In this document: positions 8,766 to 17,618 of the stretch, piece by piece
Position numbering within the stretch: the stretch's first letter is position 1
Layout of the letters: every line of letters starts with the position of its first letter
From: Candidatus Latescibacterota bacterium
GTDB taxonomy: Bacteria > Latescibacterota > UBA2968 > UBA8231
Assembly (NCBI GenBank): GCA_965205655.1
Contig: CBDBIJ010000007.1
Location: 1 to 30,325, forward strand
Direction of reading: 5' to 3'
DNA: 30,325 bases
Notes under the pieces: model-generated
The model's database searches: none
What the model saw: the letters and a program-made list of their open reading frames with translations, nothing else
Told to the model about the DNA's origin: nothing
Position numbers and translations under genes: made by a program

Positions 8766-10907
8766 GTGACCGAGATGCCGCTGGATCTATCAAAGCCCGA
8801 ATTTTACATCAATCGAGAGCTGTCGTGGCTCGATTTCAATCGCCGCGTTCTCGAGGAGGCGCAGGACCAGCAAAATCCTTTGCTGGAGCGGGTCAAGTTC
8901 ATCGCCATCGTAGCCAGCAACCTTGACGAGTTCTTTGAGGTCAGGGTCTCCGGGCTGCTGCAGATCAGGGAAACGGGAGGCGGCCCTACCGGACCCGACG
9001 GCCTCACCCCGAATGAGCAGCTGACCGCTATCGCGGCGACGGCTCATGAACTGGTGGCACGGATGTACGAGTGCTGGAACGAGGAGCTCCTTCCCACCCT
9101 TGCCCGCGAGGGCATCCAGTTGTGGGATGCGGGAAACCTCGAAGGTGAGCACCTCGCTTTCGTCCGGCGCTACTGGGCTGAAGAGCTGGAACCGATCCTG
9201 ACGCCGATCATCATCGATCCGGCCCATCCCTTTCCGCACGTCCTCAACAAAGCTCTGTGCATCGGCGTCCTTCTGGAGTCCGAATGGGGCGCCTCGGTTG
9301 GCGTTGTCACGGTTCCCCGGGTATTGCCCCGAATTCTGCGCTTGCCCGACACCGACGACGGCGCCGTTCATCTCGTCACCCTGGCAGGTATCGTCGAATT
9401 GCACCTCAGCGAGCTCTTCGAGGGCTATCGCCTGGTGGGTTCGGCTTCCTTCCGCGTCACTCGCAACAGCGAGCTCTACGTCAACGAGGAGGAGGCGGAC
9501 AACCTGCTGGAAGAGATCGCCGAGTCACTGGAGAATCGGCGCAAGGGGGATGCGGTACGGCTCGAAATCGAGGCGGGCGCGCCGGAGCGCCTCGTTCGCT
9601 TTCTCAAACGTCAATTCGAGCTCGATGACGACTGTGTCTATCTCGCCCACGGTCCGGTCAATTTGAACCGAGTGATCACCATCTGCGATGCCGTTCAGCG
9701 ACCGGAGCTCAAGTTCACGCCCTACGCGCCGGTGGAGCGAAGCCTGCCGAGGGAGCCGGAGCGGCTCTTCGAGTCCCTGCGGGCCGGAGATATCCTTCTG
9801 CACCATCCTTACGAGTCATTCAACTCCGTCATCGATTTCATACGCACCGCGGTCGTCGACCCCCGGGTTCTCGCGATCAAGCAGACCCTCTACCGCACCG
9901 GAGAGGATTCAAAGGTGGTGCAAGCCCTGATCGACGCCGCTGAGCTCGGCAAGGAAGTGACCGTCCTCGTCGAATTGAAGGCCCGCTTCGATGAGGCGTC
10001 CAACATCGAGTGGGCCAAGCAGCTGGAAGAGCGTGGCGTCCACGTCGTCTATGGCCTGCTCGGCATGAAGACCCACTGCAAGCTGTCGATGGTGGTTCGC
10101 CGCGATGAGGACGGACTCCGTCGGTATGTCCACCTCGGCACCGGCAACTACAACCACGTCACCGCGCGACTCTACACCGATTTGGGATTACTGACTGCCA
10201 GAGAGGACATCACCGCTGAGGTTGCCGAGGTCTTCAACATGCTCACGGCGCGCTCGACGGAGACGTTCCAGAAGCTGATGGTGGCGCCCACCACCCTCAT
10301 GAGTGGCATGCTCAGTCGCATCGATCGCGAAGCCGATCACGCCAGGGCGGGCAAGCCGGCCGCGATCATCGCCAAGATGAACGGTCTCATGGACCCGCGA
10401 ATCATCGAAGCGCTCTACAGGGCCTCGATGGCGGGGGTGGAGGTGGATTTGATCGTCAGGGGCATCTGCTGTCTTCGTCCCGGTTTGTTGGGAATCAGCG
10501 ACCGCATTCGCGTCATCAGCATCATTGGCCGGTTTCTCGAACACAGTCGCATCTTCTACTTCGCCAACGACGATGAGCCCGAGTTATGGGCTGGCAGTGC
10601 CGACTGGATGAATCGCAATCTGCGCGGCCGGGTGGAAGTCGTTTTTCCGGTGGAGGACGACGCGCTGAAGGCTCGGCTGTTTCTGGCCGTTCAGTTGTGT
10701 TTGTGCGACCGCGTCAAAGCCCGCGCTCTGCAATCCGACGGAAGCTACGTGCGGCGGCTGGCCGCCGCCGGCGAACAGGCCCTCTGCATGCAGGAAACCC
10801 TCATGGAAATCGCCCAGGGCAAGGAGGTGGATTTCTCCCTCCCCGGCAGCACCGTTCCCGTCTCCGGAAACGGTCGCTCCAAGCGGGGCCTCAATGCCGC
10901 CGGCTAG
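8766..10907 (+). CDS. ppk1: Polyphosphate kinase 1
   Basis: Motifs YINRELSWLDFNRRVL, SNLDEFFEVRV, LLHHPYESF, KQTLYR, ELKARFDE, KTHCK, HLGTGNYN, GRFLEHSR and SADWMNRN. Confidence 0.97.
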   Translation: MTEMPLDLSKPEFYINRELSWLDFNRRVLEEAQDQQNPLLERVKFIAIVASNLDEFFEVRVSGLLQIRETGGGPTGPDGLTPNEQLTAIAATAHELVARMYECWNEELLPTLAREGIQLWDAGNLEGEHLAFVRRYWAEELEPILTPIIIDPAHPFPHVLNKALCIGVLLESEWGASVGVVTVPRVLPRILRLPDTDDGAVHLVTLAGIVELHLSELFEGYRLVGSASFRVTRNSELYVNEEEADNLLEEIAESLENRRKGDAVRLEIEAGAPERLVRFLKRQFELDDDCVYLAHGPVNLNRVITICDAVQRPELKFTPYAPVERSLPREPERLFESLRAGDILLHHPYESFNSVIDFIRTAVVDPRVLAIKQTLYRTGEDSKVVQALIDAAELGKEVTVLVELKARFDEASNIEWAKQLEERGVHVVYGLLGMKTHCKLSMVVRRDEDGLRRYVHLGTGNYNHVTARLYTDLGLLTAREDITAEVAEVFNMLTARSTETFQKLMVAPTTLMSGMLSRIDREADHARAGKPAAIIAKMNGLMDPRIIEALYRASMAGVEVDLIVRGICCLRPGLLGISDRIRVISIIGRFLEHSRIFYFANDDEPELWAGSADWMNRNLRGRVEVVFPVEDDALKARLFLAVQLCLCDRVKARALQSDGSYVRRLAAAGEQALCMQETLMEIAQGKEVDFSLPGSTVPVSGNGRSKRGLNAAG

Positions 10908-10930
10908 GACCCGCCGTCGCGACTCGTCTC

Positions 10931-11852
10931 CTAATTGGCGAGTTCGCTGAGAAGCTGTTTCCGCATCGTTGCACACCATCGTGTAAGCCGGGTCGAACAT
11001 GTTGCCCACGTCGTAGTCCACGCATTGGCCCATCAGCAGGTGTGCGGTTCGGGAATCCAGCCCGTAGTCCTCTTCGAGGTATGAAAGCATCTCGGTGGTG
11101 GCGTGCTGCACCGCCTGATCCAGCGGCCGGGCGTTACCCACCGTCATGATGTAGTCTTCGCTTTCCGCCCGCGGCCAACCGATTGTCTTGCCCTTGATGA
11201 CGTCGAGTGTGAACCTCACGGCGAAGGAAACCTCGATCCCTGTTCCGACGATCTCGCCGTCACCCTGTACGGCGTGACCGTCGCCGATGTGGAACAGCCC
11301 TCCGGGCACCGCCACTGGGAAGGAGACCTTCACCCCCTGTCTGAACCCGCGGTAGTCCATGTTGCCGCCGTGAGTCGACGAGGTCGCCGTGGAGATGGCC
11401 TGACCCTCAGGTGGCGCCAGGCCGAAACAGCCCACCATCGGATCCAGTGGTAGTTCGACGCCGCACAGTGGGCCGTCGGGCGTTCGCAACCTGGCGACCC
11501 AGGCTTTGACATTCACATCCCAGATAGCCTCGGCGACATCCTCGCTGAATCGCGGCACGAAGTGCGGCTCCAGCACGTTGGCCGCGATACAGGTGCGTGT
11601 AAACCCCCAGTCCCGATTCGGACGCAGCTCGTCGAGCGTCACCATCACCGTGTCTCCTGGCTCGGCGCCGGTGAGGTAGAAGGGCCCCGTCTGCGGATTT
11701 CCCCGCGGCGAAGCTTCCCGTCCGTCCATGTCCCGGCCGCGCGCATCCACGGTGGTCGTGGACACGCTGTCCCCGGGAGCAACTTCGAGGACCGGCTCGT
11801 GCGACCCTATGGTGACGTGGTAGACTTCTGGAACGAATTCGTGGTGTGCCAT
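10931..11852 (-). CDS. Acetamidase/formamidase family protein with an apparent +1 frameshift at ~10968, near the C-terminus
   Basis: Motifs NPQTGPFY..GAEPGD, HGGNMD and GDGHAVQGDGE..GTGIE. As written the ORF runs on to 10584, into ppk1. Deleting the base at 10968 gives ...YTMVCKMRKQLLSELAN and a stop at 10931. Confidence 0.85.
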
Positions 11853-11867
11853 TCTCGTGACACGGCG

Positions 11868-14357
11868 CTAGAAGGCGGGAAACATCTTGGGGCCGCCGTC
11901 CTCGCCCCGCACACAACTGTTGATGATATCGGCGGGCATGTCGCCGAACAGCTGATTCGTCCGTCCCAGCGTGGAGAGGTACTTGCGCCCAGTCTGCAGT
12001 TGTTCGGTCCCCTGCTCTTCGGCCTTCTTCTTGGCGGCTGATGCAAGCCTTACCGGCTTGTACTCTCGAAGCTCGAAGAGGTCCACGTAGGTGCCGTCCT
12101 CGAAGTTCTCTACATAGTGAATCTGCCCCTCTTCGCTGACCCTGACGTACAGGTCCTTGAGATTGGCGTTTCCCGAAACCTTGTCCAGGCTGACGACCGC
12201 GAGTGCGATACCGGCTCTCTCCTGATGCCTGCGCCTTTCGGGCTCGAACGAAAGGCTGCCGGCGACGAGTTCCCGCAAAATCGCGATCACCTCCGGGATG
12301 ACATTCTGCGGATTGTGAGCCGGGCCCATCACGGACCAGGCTTCCGTGCATACGTATTCGCAGACGGCGTCGAATATTTCTCCGAGATCACTCGCTTTGA
12401 GAAACTCGGCGGGAAGCGGACCGGCCTCCGTCTTCTCAACCTCCTCGAACTGTAGCGGACTCTCGGCGACCTCTGCCTTCAACAGAGCCAGTGTCTTGGT
12501 CTGATCCTCCGCCACCAATCGCTTGACGTAATCGCGGCAGGTGTTCTTGAGCGCCTCGACGAACTGCTGCGCCTCGAACAGCTGCAGCATGATCACCGTG
12601 TCGGCGTCGGCCTTCTCCCGCGCTGCGGCGAGCAGGTCTCGATCGGTCAGATCAGTGATCTGACGTAGCGCCTCTTCGTAGTACACGGTCACGGATTCCC
12701 GCGAGTATTCCTGCTGGTGGCCCTGACTGAAGTTGTAATTCGTTCTCAGGGACTCGATTCGAACCAGTGCCGCGGCGGCGTGGTCGAGCGCCTTGCCCAA
12801 CGGCACGAGTTGCTTGCTGTCGGGCTGAAGCGTCCTGTTCGAGTTGTTCACGTTGTTGAGCAGCTGCGTCACCTCGATCCTGAAATTCCTGTCTTTTTGC
12901 AAGAGCTGATCCGGAATCGACAGGAGATTCTTGAGGGAGATAAACTGCGCCGCCATCTTCATGATGCTATAGGCCTTGTAGCTGTCCGTGTTTTCCTTAG
13001 ATGCCGTCCGCGCGAACGTCGGTATATCGGAAATCTCTCCATTCGGCTCGATAAACAGGCTCCACACCGTCTGGTCCATTTTTTCCACGGACGCCAGCTG
13101 GGAGCACACCTGGCTGGCCTTGTCGCTGAATTCGTTGAAAGACACCTCCGCCACGTCGGCATAGTCGGTGGGGTCCACCTCGACGCCCTCCACCTTGTTC
13201 ATGTCGACCCGCTTTTCTTCACCGCCATCCTTGCGGGGGGCGGGCCGACCTGGCACTCGCTCCGAGGCTGCTGCGGAGTCTTCGCTGCCTTTCTTTCCGC
13301 CGGCTGCCGGCGCCTTCGTTCCCGAACCTCCTCCTCCTCCTCCGGCTGCGGCGGGCGCCGGTCTGGCCCCCAGAGTCGGCTTGTGAGCCTTGGACGGATT
13401 GCGGGCCGCCTCTGCCCGACGTGCGATATTCTGCGCCTCTTCCATCGATGGAATCGTGGCGGTTATCGGTGAGAAGGATTCCGTCGCGGCTATCCGGGCG
13501 TCGAGAACCTCGTCGCCGTCGTCACCACTATCCTCATCGTCGTCCGCACTTGCTCCGACAGCGGACTCTGATTCGTAGACCGCGCACAGGGCTGTTTTGA
13601 ATTTTACCAGGAATTCCTCTATCCGCTCTTCCTCCTCGTCGTCGTCGTTCTCATCATCCTCGTCGTCGTCATCCTCATCATCATCCTCGTCGTCCTCATC
13701 ATCCTCGTCGTCATCGTCATCGTGGACCATGCTCTGGCCGTTCGCCTTGATCGGGGCCGGGCTATGTGGATCGAGGTACTGCTCGTCAAGGCATTCCCGA
13801 ACGACCTCGGCGTAGGGCGCATCTCCGAGGGCCTTCAGACCAAGACGAACGATCTGTTCGAGCGAGCCACGCCCCTCCACGATCGGCTTGAGCACGCCGC
13901 TCAGGGTGATGTTGGGACCTTTCATGACCTTGGCGACGAGCGTCGCCATGCAGGACTCGATAATGAACTGCTGGGCAAAGACCGAGTGATGGTGCTCGTC
14001 ACCTACTCTATCCGAAACCTTTCGGTACAGTTTGAGCAGTGCGCTCTTGACCTTGCCTTTGCTGAGATCTTCGTCCCTGAGCAGGTAGAGAAAAGTGATG
14101 AGATGGAGGACCTTGGCAACCTCTTCCTTGAATTCGTAGATGTCGAGATGAAGCCGGGCGACGCGGAGCTGGAGAATGTACGGAACCTCTGGGATCTTGC
14201 GGTTTGCCACCATGATCGGGTGGCAGATTTCCTCCCACACATCGACGACATCGAGTGGCTCGATCTTGAGAAGGTCGCACCACTGCCGCCAGGTGGACGT
14301 GGGGATGCGGCTTTCATTCTGGAGACGGGCCAACCCGTCAGTGAGAGTCTTTGGCAT
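11868..14357 (-). CDS. Hypothetical 829-aa protein with an acidic tract and a G/A/P-rich linker
   Basis: Long ORF with natural-looking amino-acid composition that fills the space between known genes. It ends 15 nt before the acetamidase start. I recognise no family. Confidence 0.85.
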   Translation of the reverse strand: MPKTLTDGLARLQNESRIPTSTWRQWCDLLKIEPLDVVDVWEEICHPIMVANRKIPEVPYILQLRVARLHLDIYEFKEEVAKVLHLITFLYLLRDEDLSKGKVKSALLKLYRKVSDRVGDEHHHSVFAQQFIIESCMATLVAKVMKGPNITLSGVLKPIVEGRGSLEQIVRLGLKALGDAPYAEVVRECLDEQYLDPHSPAPIKANGQSMVHDDDDDEDDEDDEDDDEDDDDEDDENDDDEEEERIEEFLVKFKTALCAVYESESAVGASADDDEDSGDDGDEVLDARIAATESFSPITATIPSMEEAQNIARRAEAARNPSKAHKPTLGARPAPAAAGGGGGGSGTKAPAAGGKKGSEDSAAASERVPGRPAPRKDGGEEKRVDMNKVEGVEVDPTDYADVAEVSFNEFSDKASQVCSQLASVEKMDQTVWSLFIEPNGEISDIPTFARTASKENTDSYKAYSIMKMAAQFISLKNLLSIPDQLLQKDRNFRIEVTQLLNNVNNSNRTLQPDSKQLVPLGKALDHAAAALVRIESLRTNYNFSQGHQQEYSRESVTVYYEEALRQITDLTDRDLLAAAREKADADTVIMLQLFEAQQFVEALKNTCRDYVKRLVAEDQTKTLALLKAEVAESPLQFEEVEKTEAGPLPAEFLKASDLGEIFDAVCEYVCTEAWSVMGPAHNPQNVIPEVIAILRELVAGSLSFEPERRRHQERAGIALAVVSLDKVSGNANLKDLYVRVSEEGQIHYVENFEDGTYVDLFELREYKPVRLASAAKKKAEEQGTEQLQTGRKYLSTLGRTNQLFGDMPADIINSCVRGEDGGPKMFPAF
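13626..13721 (-). repeat. Low-complexity GAY/GAR triplet tract encoding a 32-residue D/E run
   Basis: Encodes DDDDDEDDEDDEDDDEDDDDEDDENDDDEEEE using mixed GAT/GAC/GAG codons. Confidence 0.9.
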
Positions 14358-14450
14358 TGAAAAGGAGGTCTACTTACTTTGGAAATGCCGCGGTCTGGGT
14401 CGCGGTCGCGCGCCCGTTTCAAACCGTGATAAGGCCTATATAAATATAAG

Positions 14451-14645
14451 CTTCCGGGTACTCCGATACCAAATTTCTCGACCTCGGATGCTGAATATGG
14501 ACAAGAATTACGCGAAACGGACAACCGAGTAACGCGAGTAGCGGCTGGTCATTCAATACGCTATATTCAGCATTGAACGCTGTTTTGCGTGGATCGAAAT
14601 CTTGTCCTTCCATTTGGGACCGAGACGATCGGTTCGTCCCGGGGT
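14451..14645 (+). ncRNA. Candidate structured ncRNA or structured 5' leader of unknown family
   Basis: Six nested complementary segment pairs, with G-U wobbles valid only on the + strand, plus an apical hairpin whose loop complements an internal loop. TATAAA at 14439-14444 lies just upstream. Details are in findings. Confidence 0.5.
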
Positions 14646-14664
14646 TGGATGAAGGTGGTTGGCA

Positions 14665-15453
14665 ATGAAATACGATATTGGAGATCTGCTTCACGGTTGG
14701 CCTTTCGATCCCGATGAATTCGTCGCCCGACGCATAACGGCGGGAGATGGAAGCGAAAGAATTCAGATCCGCATCGACATGGGCATGCTGCAGCTGGAGG
14801 TCAAAGGCAGGCCCGATGGTCAGCGACCGTTCGGACACGGCTCGCTGCTCGAGTACCATACCGAGCACGGCGACGAAGAGAGTCCACAGCCTGACGTAGA
14901 GGCAATCGGTGGTGGCGTCCTCGACGATCAGGCGTGCGAGGAGCTGTTTCAGGAAGCCTGGCAATACTACCAGCGCTATCTGAGCCTGTTCTATCTTGAG
15001 GACTACGCCGGCGTCGTTCGCGATACGACTCACAACATGGAGATCTTCGACCTCGTTCAGCGGCGAGCCGAGAGCGATGAGGTCAAGTGGTACTTCGAGC
15101 AGTACTACCCGCATGCCATCATGATGCAGGCGCGGTCGAGAGCCCTGATCGCTCTTGAGAAGGAGGACTATCCCGCCGCGCTGCAGGAGGTCGAGGTGGG
15201 AGTCGACCGGATAGAACAATTGATCACCGAGTGGGACGGCGACGTGCTCGAGGATGATCTGCCGGAGCTCTCTTTCCTGCGCGACTGGCACGAGGAGCTG
15301 GAAAAAGAGCGGCCGTTGTCTCACCGCGAGCAACTGGAGCGAGACCTGACCGTCGCTGTTGAGGCGGAGAATTTCGAAGAGGCCGCTCGACTGCGGGACA
15401 AACTCCGCACCTTGCGACCGACGTTCCGAATCGAGCGCCCGAGCTCAGCCTGA
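14665..15453 (+). CDS. UvrB/UvrC (UVR) motif-containing protein
   Basis: C-terminal UVR motif LERDLTVAVEAENFEEAARLRDKLR. The N-terminal WPFDP...IQIRIDMGMLQLE..GRPDGQRPFG resembles an uncharacterised family I recall from PVC-type bacteria. Confidence 0.85.
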   Translation: MKYDIGDLLHGWPFDPDEFVARRITAGDGSERIQIRIDMGMLQLEVKGRPDGQRPFGHGSLLEYHTEHGDEESPQPDVEAIGGGVLDDQACEELFQEAWQYYQRYLSLFYLEDYAGVVRDTTHNMEIFDLVQRRAESDEVKWYFEQYYPHAIMMQARSRALIALEKEDYPAALQEVEVGVDRIEQLITEWDGDVLEDDLPELSFLRDWHEELEKERPLSHREQLERDLTVAVEAENFEEAARLRDKLRTLRPTFRIERPSSA

Positions 15454-15493
15454 GCTCCGGATTCGGGAATCCTAGCTGTTTTCGGGAATCCGA

Positions 15494-15511
15494 GGAGCCC
15501 GTTTGGGCTCC
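15494..15511. terminator. GC hairpin between convergent genes (possible terminator or stabiliser)
   Basis: GGAGCCC-GTTT-GGGCTCC directly after the dapB stop. No clear U-tract. Confidence 0.35.
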
Positions 15512-16315
15512 TTAGCGGATTCCGAGGACATCCCCCATGTCATAGAGGCCCGGTTTGGCCTTGGCGGCAAACCGCACTGCCCGCAGCGCCCCGAGCGCAA
15601 AGGAATCGCGGCTGGTGGCGTAATGCCGCAGCTCGAGGAACTCTCCGGGGGCCCCGTAGAACACGGAGTGATCGCCAACCACATCGCCGAGGCGCAGAGC
15701 GTGCATGCCGATCTCCCCGCGCGTCCGCGCACCGACTTCGCCCTGCCGGCCGTGGACGAGCACATCTGCCGCCTTCTTCTCGTGTCCGGCGGCGACGCGC
15801 TCCGCGAGCCTCAGCGCTGAGCCGCTGGGCGCGTCCACCTTGTAGCGGTGGTGCGTCTCCACCACTTCCACGTCGTAGTCCTCGCCCAGGATTCTGGCTG
15901 CTCGCTCGACGAGCTCGAACAGAACGTTCATGGCCGTGCTGCAGTTGGGCGCGAACACGCACGCGATTTCAGCAACTGTTTCTTTGAATTCGGCCACTTG
16001 CACTTCCGAAAGACCGGTCGTGCCCACCACCATCGCCGTTCCGCTGCGAGCGCATACAGAGGCATCCTGCAGAGTTGCCTCGGGAGCGGTGAAGGCGACG
16101 ACGACGTCGGCGCGATCGATCACGTCACTCAGGCGCGGCGCCACATCGATACCGAGGTCGGGCAGTCCGACTGCAGCTCCTACGTCGCGCCCGATCACCT
16201 CGTGCCCCTCGCGCTCTGTGCCGCCGGCGAGCTGCAGATCGTCGCTTTCCGTAATGAGATGGGCGAGTCGCTGCCCCATCCGTCCAGCGATGCCGCAGAC
16301 TACTACGTCGGTCAT
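15512..16315 (-). CDS. dapB: 4-hydroxy-tetrahydrodipicolinate reductase
   Basis: Motifs GIAGRMG, VVGTTG, ETHHRYKVDAPSGSA, R.GDVVGDH and SRDSFALGALRA. Adjacent to dapA. Confidence 0.96.
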   Translation of the reverse strand: MTDVVVCGIAGRMGQRLAHLITESDDLQLAGGTEREGHEVIGRDVGAAVGLPDLGIDVAPRLSDVIDRADVVVAFTAPEATLQDASVCARSGTAMVVGTTGLSEVQVAEFKETVAEIACVFAPNCSTAMNVLFELVERAARILGEDYDVEVVETHHRYKVDAPSGSALRLAERVAAGHEKKAADVLVHGRQGEVGARTRGEIGMHALRLGDVVGDHSVFYGAPGEFLELRHYATSRDSFALGALRAVRFAAKAKPGLYDMGDVLGIR

Positions 16316-16345
16316 GGTGGTTCCGTCGGTGAGGTGTGCTGGTGT

Positions 16346-17383
16346 CTACTCGTAGCCGGAATACGTCAACTCGCCGATCGATTTGCCACTCAGGCGCTCC
16401 TCGACATCGACGTCGAAGAAGTCGCCGACCGGAGCGAGCAGCGCCGGGTCGTTTTCGAACACCTGTCGTGCGGCCTTGAGGACCACCTCAAGACCGGAAC
16501 GGGTCATCCTGCCGAGAGGCTGCCGGCAAGGGCCGGCGGGCATCCCGAGAATGTTCATCAGGGTTTTTATCGGCAGCGGATTTCGGGCTTTGCACTGCAC
16601 GCTGCCTCGCGGTGACTCCTCGGCAGTCGTCACCCCCACCATACCGAAAAAAGGTTGCAGGTCGGCTGCCAGCCTGTCGGCGCCGTCGTGATCGCCGCTG
16701 TTGATCAGCTGGGTAAGGCGTTGGAGCGGGCCCGGCACGACGTTCGACATCACCGAGATGACTCCCGCCGCGGCGATATCTTCGCGCTTCATCATTTCCG
16801 CTGTTTTGTCGTCGTCGCCGGACAGAATGGTGAACTCCTCCCCGCACATCGAGCGGGTCTTTGCCATGTTCTCGAAGTCGCCCGTCGCCTCCTTGACCAC
16901 TGACACGTTCGGGTATTTCTGAGCCAGAATCGCCAGGTCCTCCACGTGCAGCATTGTTCCGGTGCGTCCGGGTATGACGTACGGGATGAGCTGCAGGTCG
17001 GGGAATTCCATCGCCACCGGTTCGACGTATTCGCGCCGGATCTCAAGCGAACTCGGGCCGTTGTAATACGGGTCGACGAGCAGCGCTGCATCTGCACCGG
17101 CGTGCGCGGCGTGGGCGGTGGCCGCCAGGGTCTCTCGGGTCGAGTTGCTGCCCGTCCCCGCGATTCTCAGACATTTGCCCTCTGCTTGCTTGCACGTTCG
17201 TTCGATGACCTCGTTGTGCTCTTCCCACAGCAGGGTGGGGCTCTCGCCGGTCGTTCCCACCGCCAGGATGCCCTGGATGCCGTTTTTCATCTGGAATTCG
17301 TTGAGCTTCTCGAAGCCGTCGTAGTCGATACTGCCGTCAGCTCTCATGGGCGTAATGGACGCCGTGTAGCAGCCTTTGAACAT
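16346..17383 (-). CDS. dapA: 4-hydroxy-tetrahydrodipicolinate synthase
   Basis: Motifs GTTGES, GTGSNST, PYYN, Y.IPGRTG, the Schiff-base Lys in VKEATG, and LSGDD. The GAGGTG RBS favours ATG 17383. Confidence 0.95.
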   Translation of the reverse strand: MFKGCYTASITPMRADGSIDYDGFEKLNEFQMKNGIQGILAVGTTGESPTLLWEEHNEVIERTCKQAEGKCLRIAGTGSNSTRETLAATAHAAHAGADAALLVDPYYNGPSSLEIRREYVEPVAMEFPDLQLIPYVIPGRTGTMLHVEDLAILAQKYPNVSVVKEATGDFENMAKTRSMCGEEFTILSGDDDKTAEMMKREDIAAAGVISVMSNVVPGPLQRLTQLINSGDHDGADRLAADLQPFFGMVGVTTAEESPRGSVQCKARNPLPIKTLMNILGMPAGPCRQPLGRMTRSGLEVVLKAARQVFENDPALLAPVGDFFDVDVEERLSGKSIGELTYSGYE

Positions 17384-17512
17384 GGCCATCACCTCTGTGT
17401 GAATGTCTCCAACTTCTTCGCCGCAGTAACTTCCGCGTCCGCGACTCCGCCGCATCTTGCGATGCGGGGCGATTATGAGCAGTCTCTTGCTGTTTTCGGG
17501 GAACGGGCGAGC

Positions 17513-17541
17513 ATAATAAGAGCTGGGTTTTACAGTGTCAA
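17513..17541 (-). promoter_or_regulatory. Candidate sigma70 promoter for dapA-dapB
   Basis: Minus-strand TTGACA (17541-17536), 17 nt, TATTAT (17518-17513). Confidence 0.75.
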
Positions 17542-17618
17542 CGTCGGCGGTCGCGTCATACTACGACGCGGGAGCGGTCGAGAATGCCTGTGATTTTCTT
17601 GATACAATGGAGACGCCG

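Noticed and set aside
10584..10930. C-terminal extension of the acetamidase ORF
   Set aside because: It is antisense to ppk1 and is explained by the 1-bp insertion at 10968.
13597..13815. Poly-serine ORF on the + strand
   Set aside because: It is the reverse-strand reading of the D/E tract of the 829-aa gene.
14379..14429. 16-codon Arg-rich small ORF after a perfect + strand AAAGGAGGT
   Set aside because: TTG start, long spacing and no supporting upstream promoter. It cannot be supported from sequence alone.
15462..15491. Direct repeat TTCGGGAATCC x2 as a CRISPR or REP array
   Set aside because: Only two 11-bp copies with an 8-nt spacer. No cas genes or regular repeat-spacer array appear anywhere in the window.
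17540..17618. ZMP/ZTP (pfl) riboswitch upstream of purH
   Set aside because: Expected from context, but the GACUGGCG...GGGGAGC...CGCCUGGGC signature is absent. Only a small CGCGTC/GACGCG hairpin is present.
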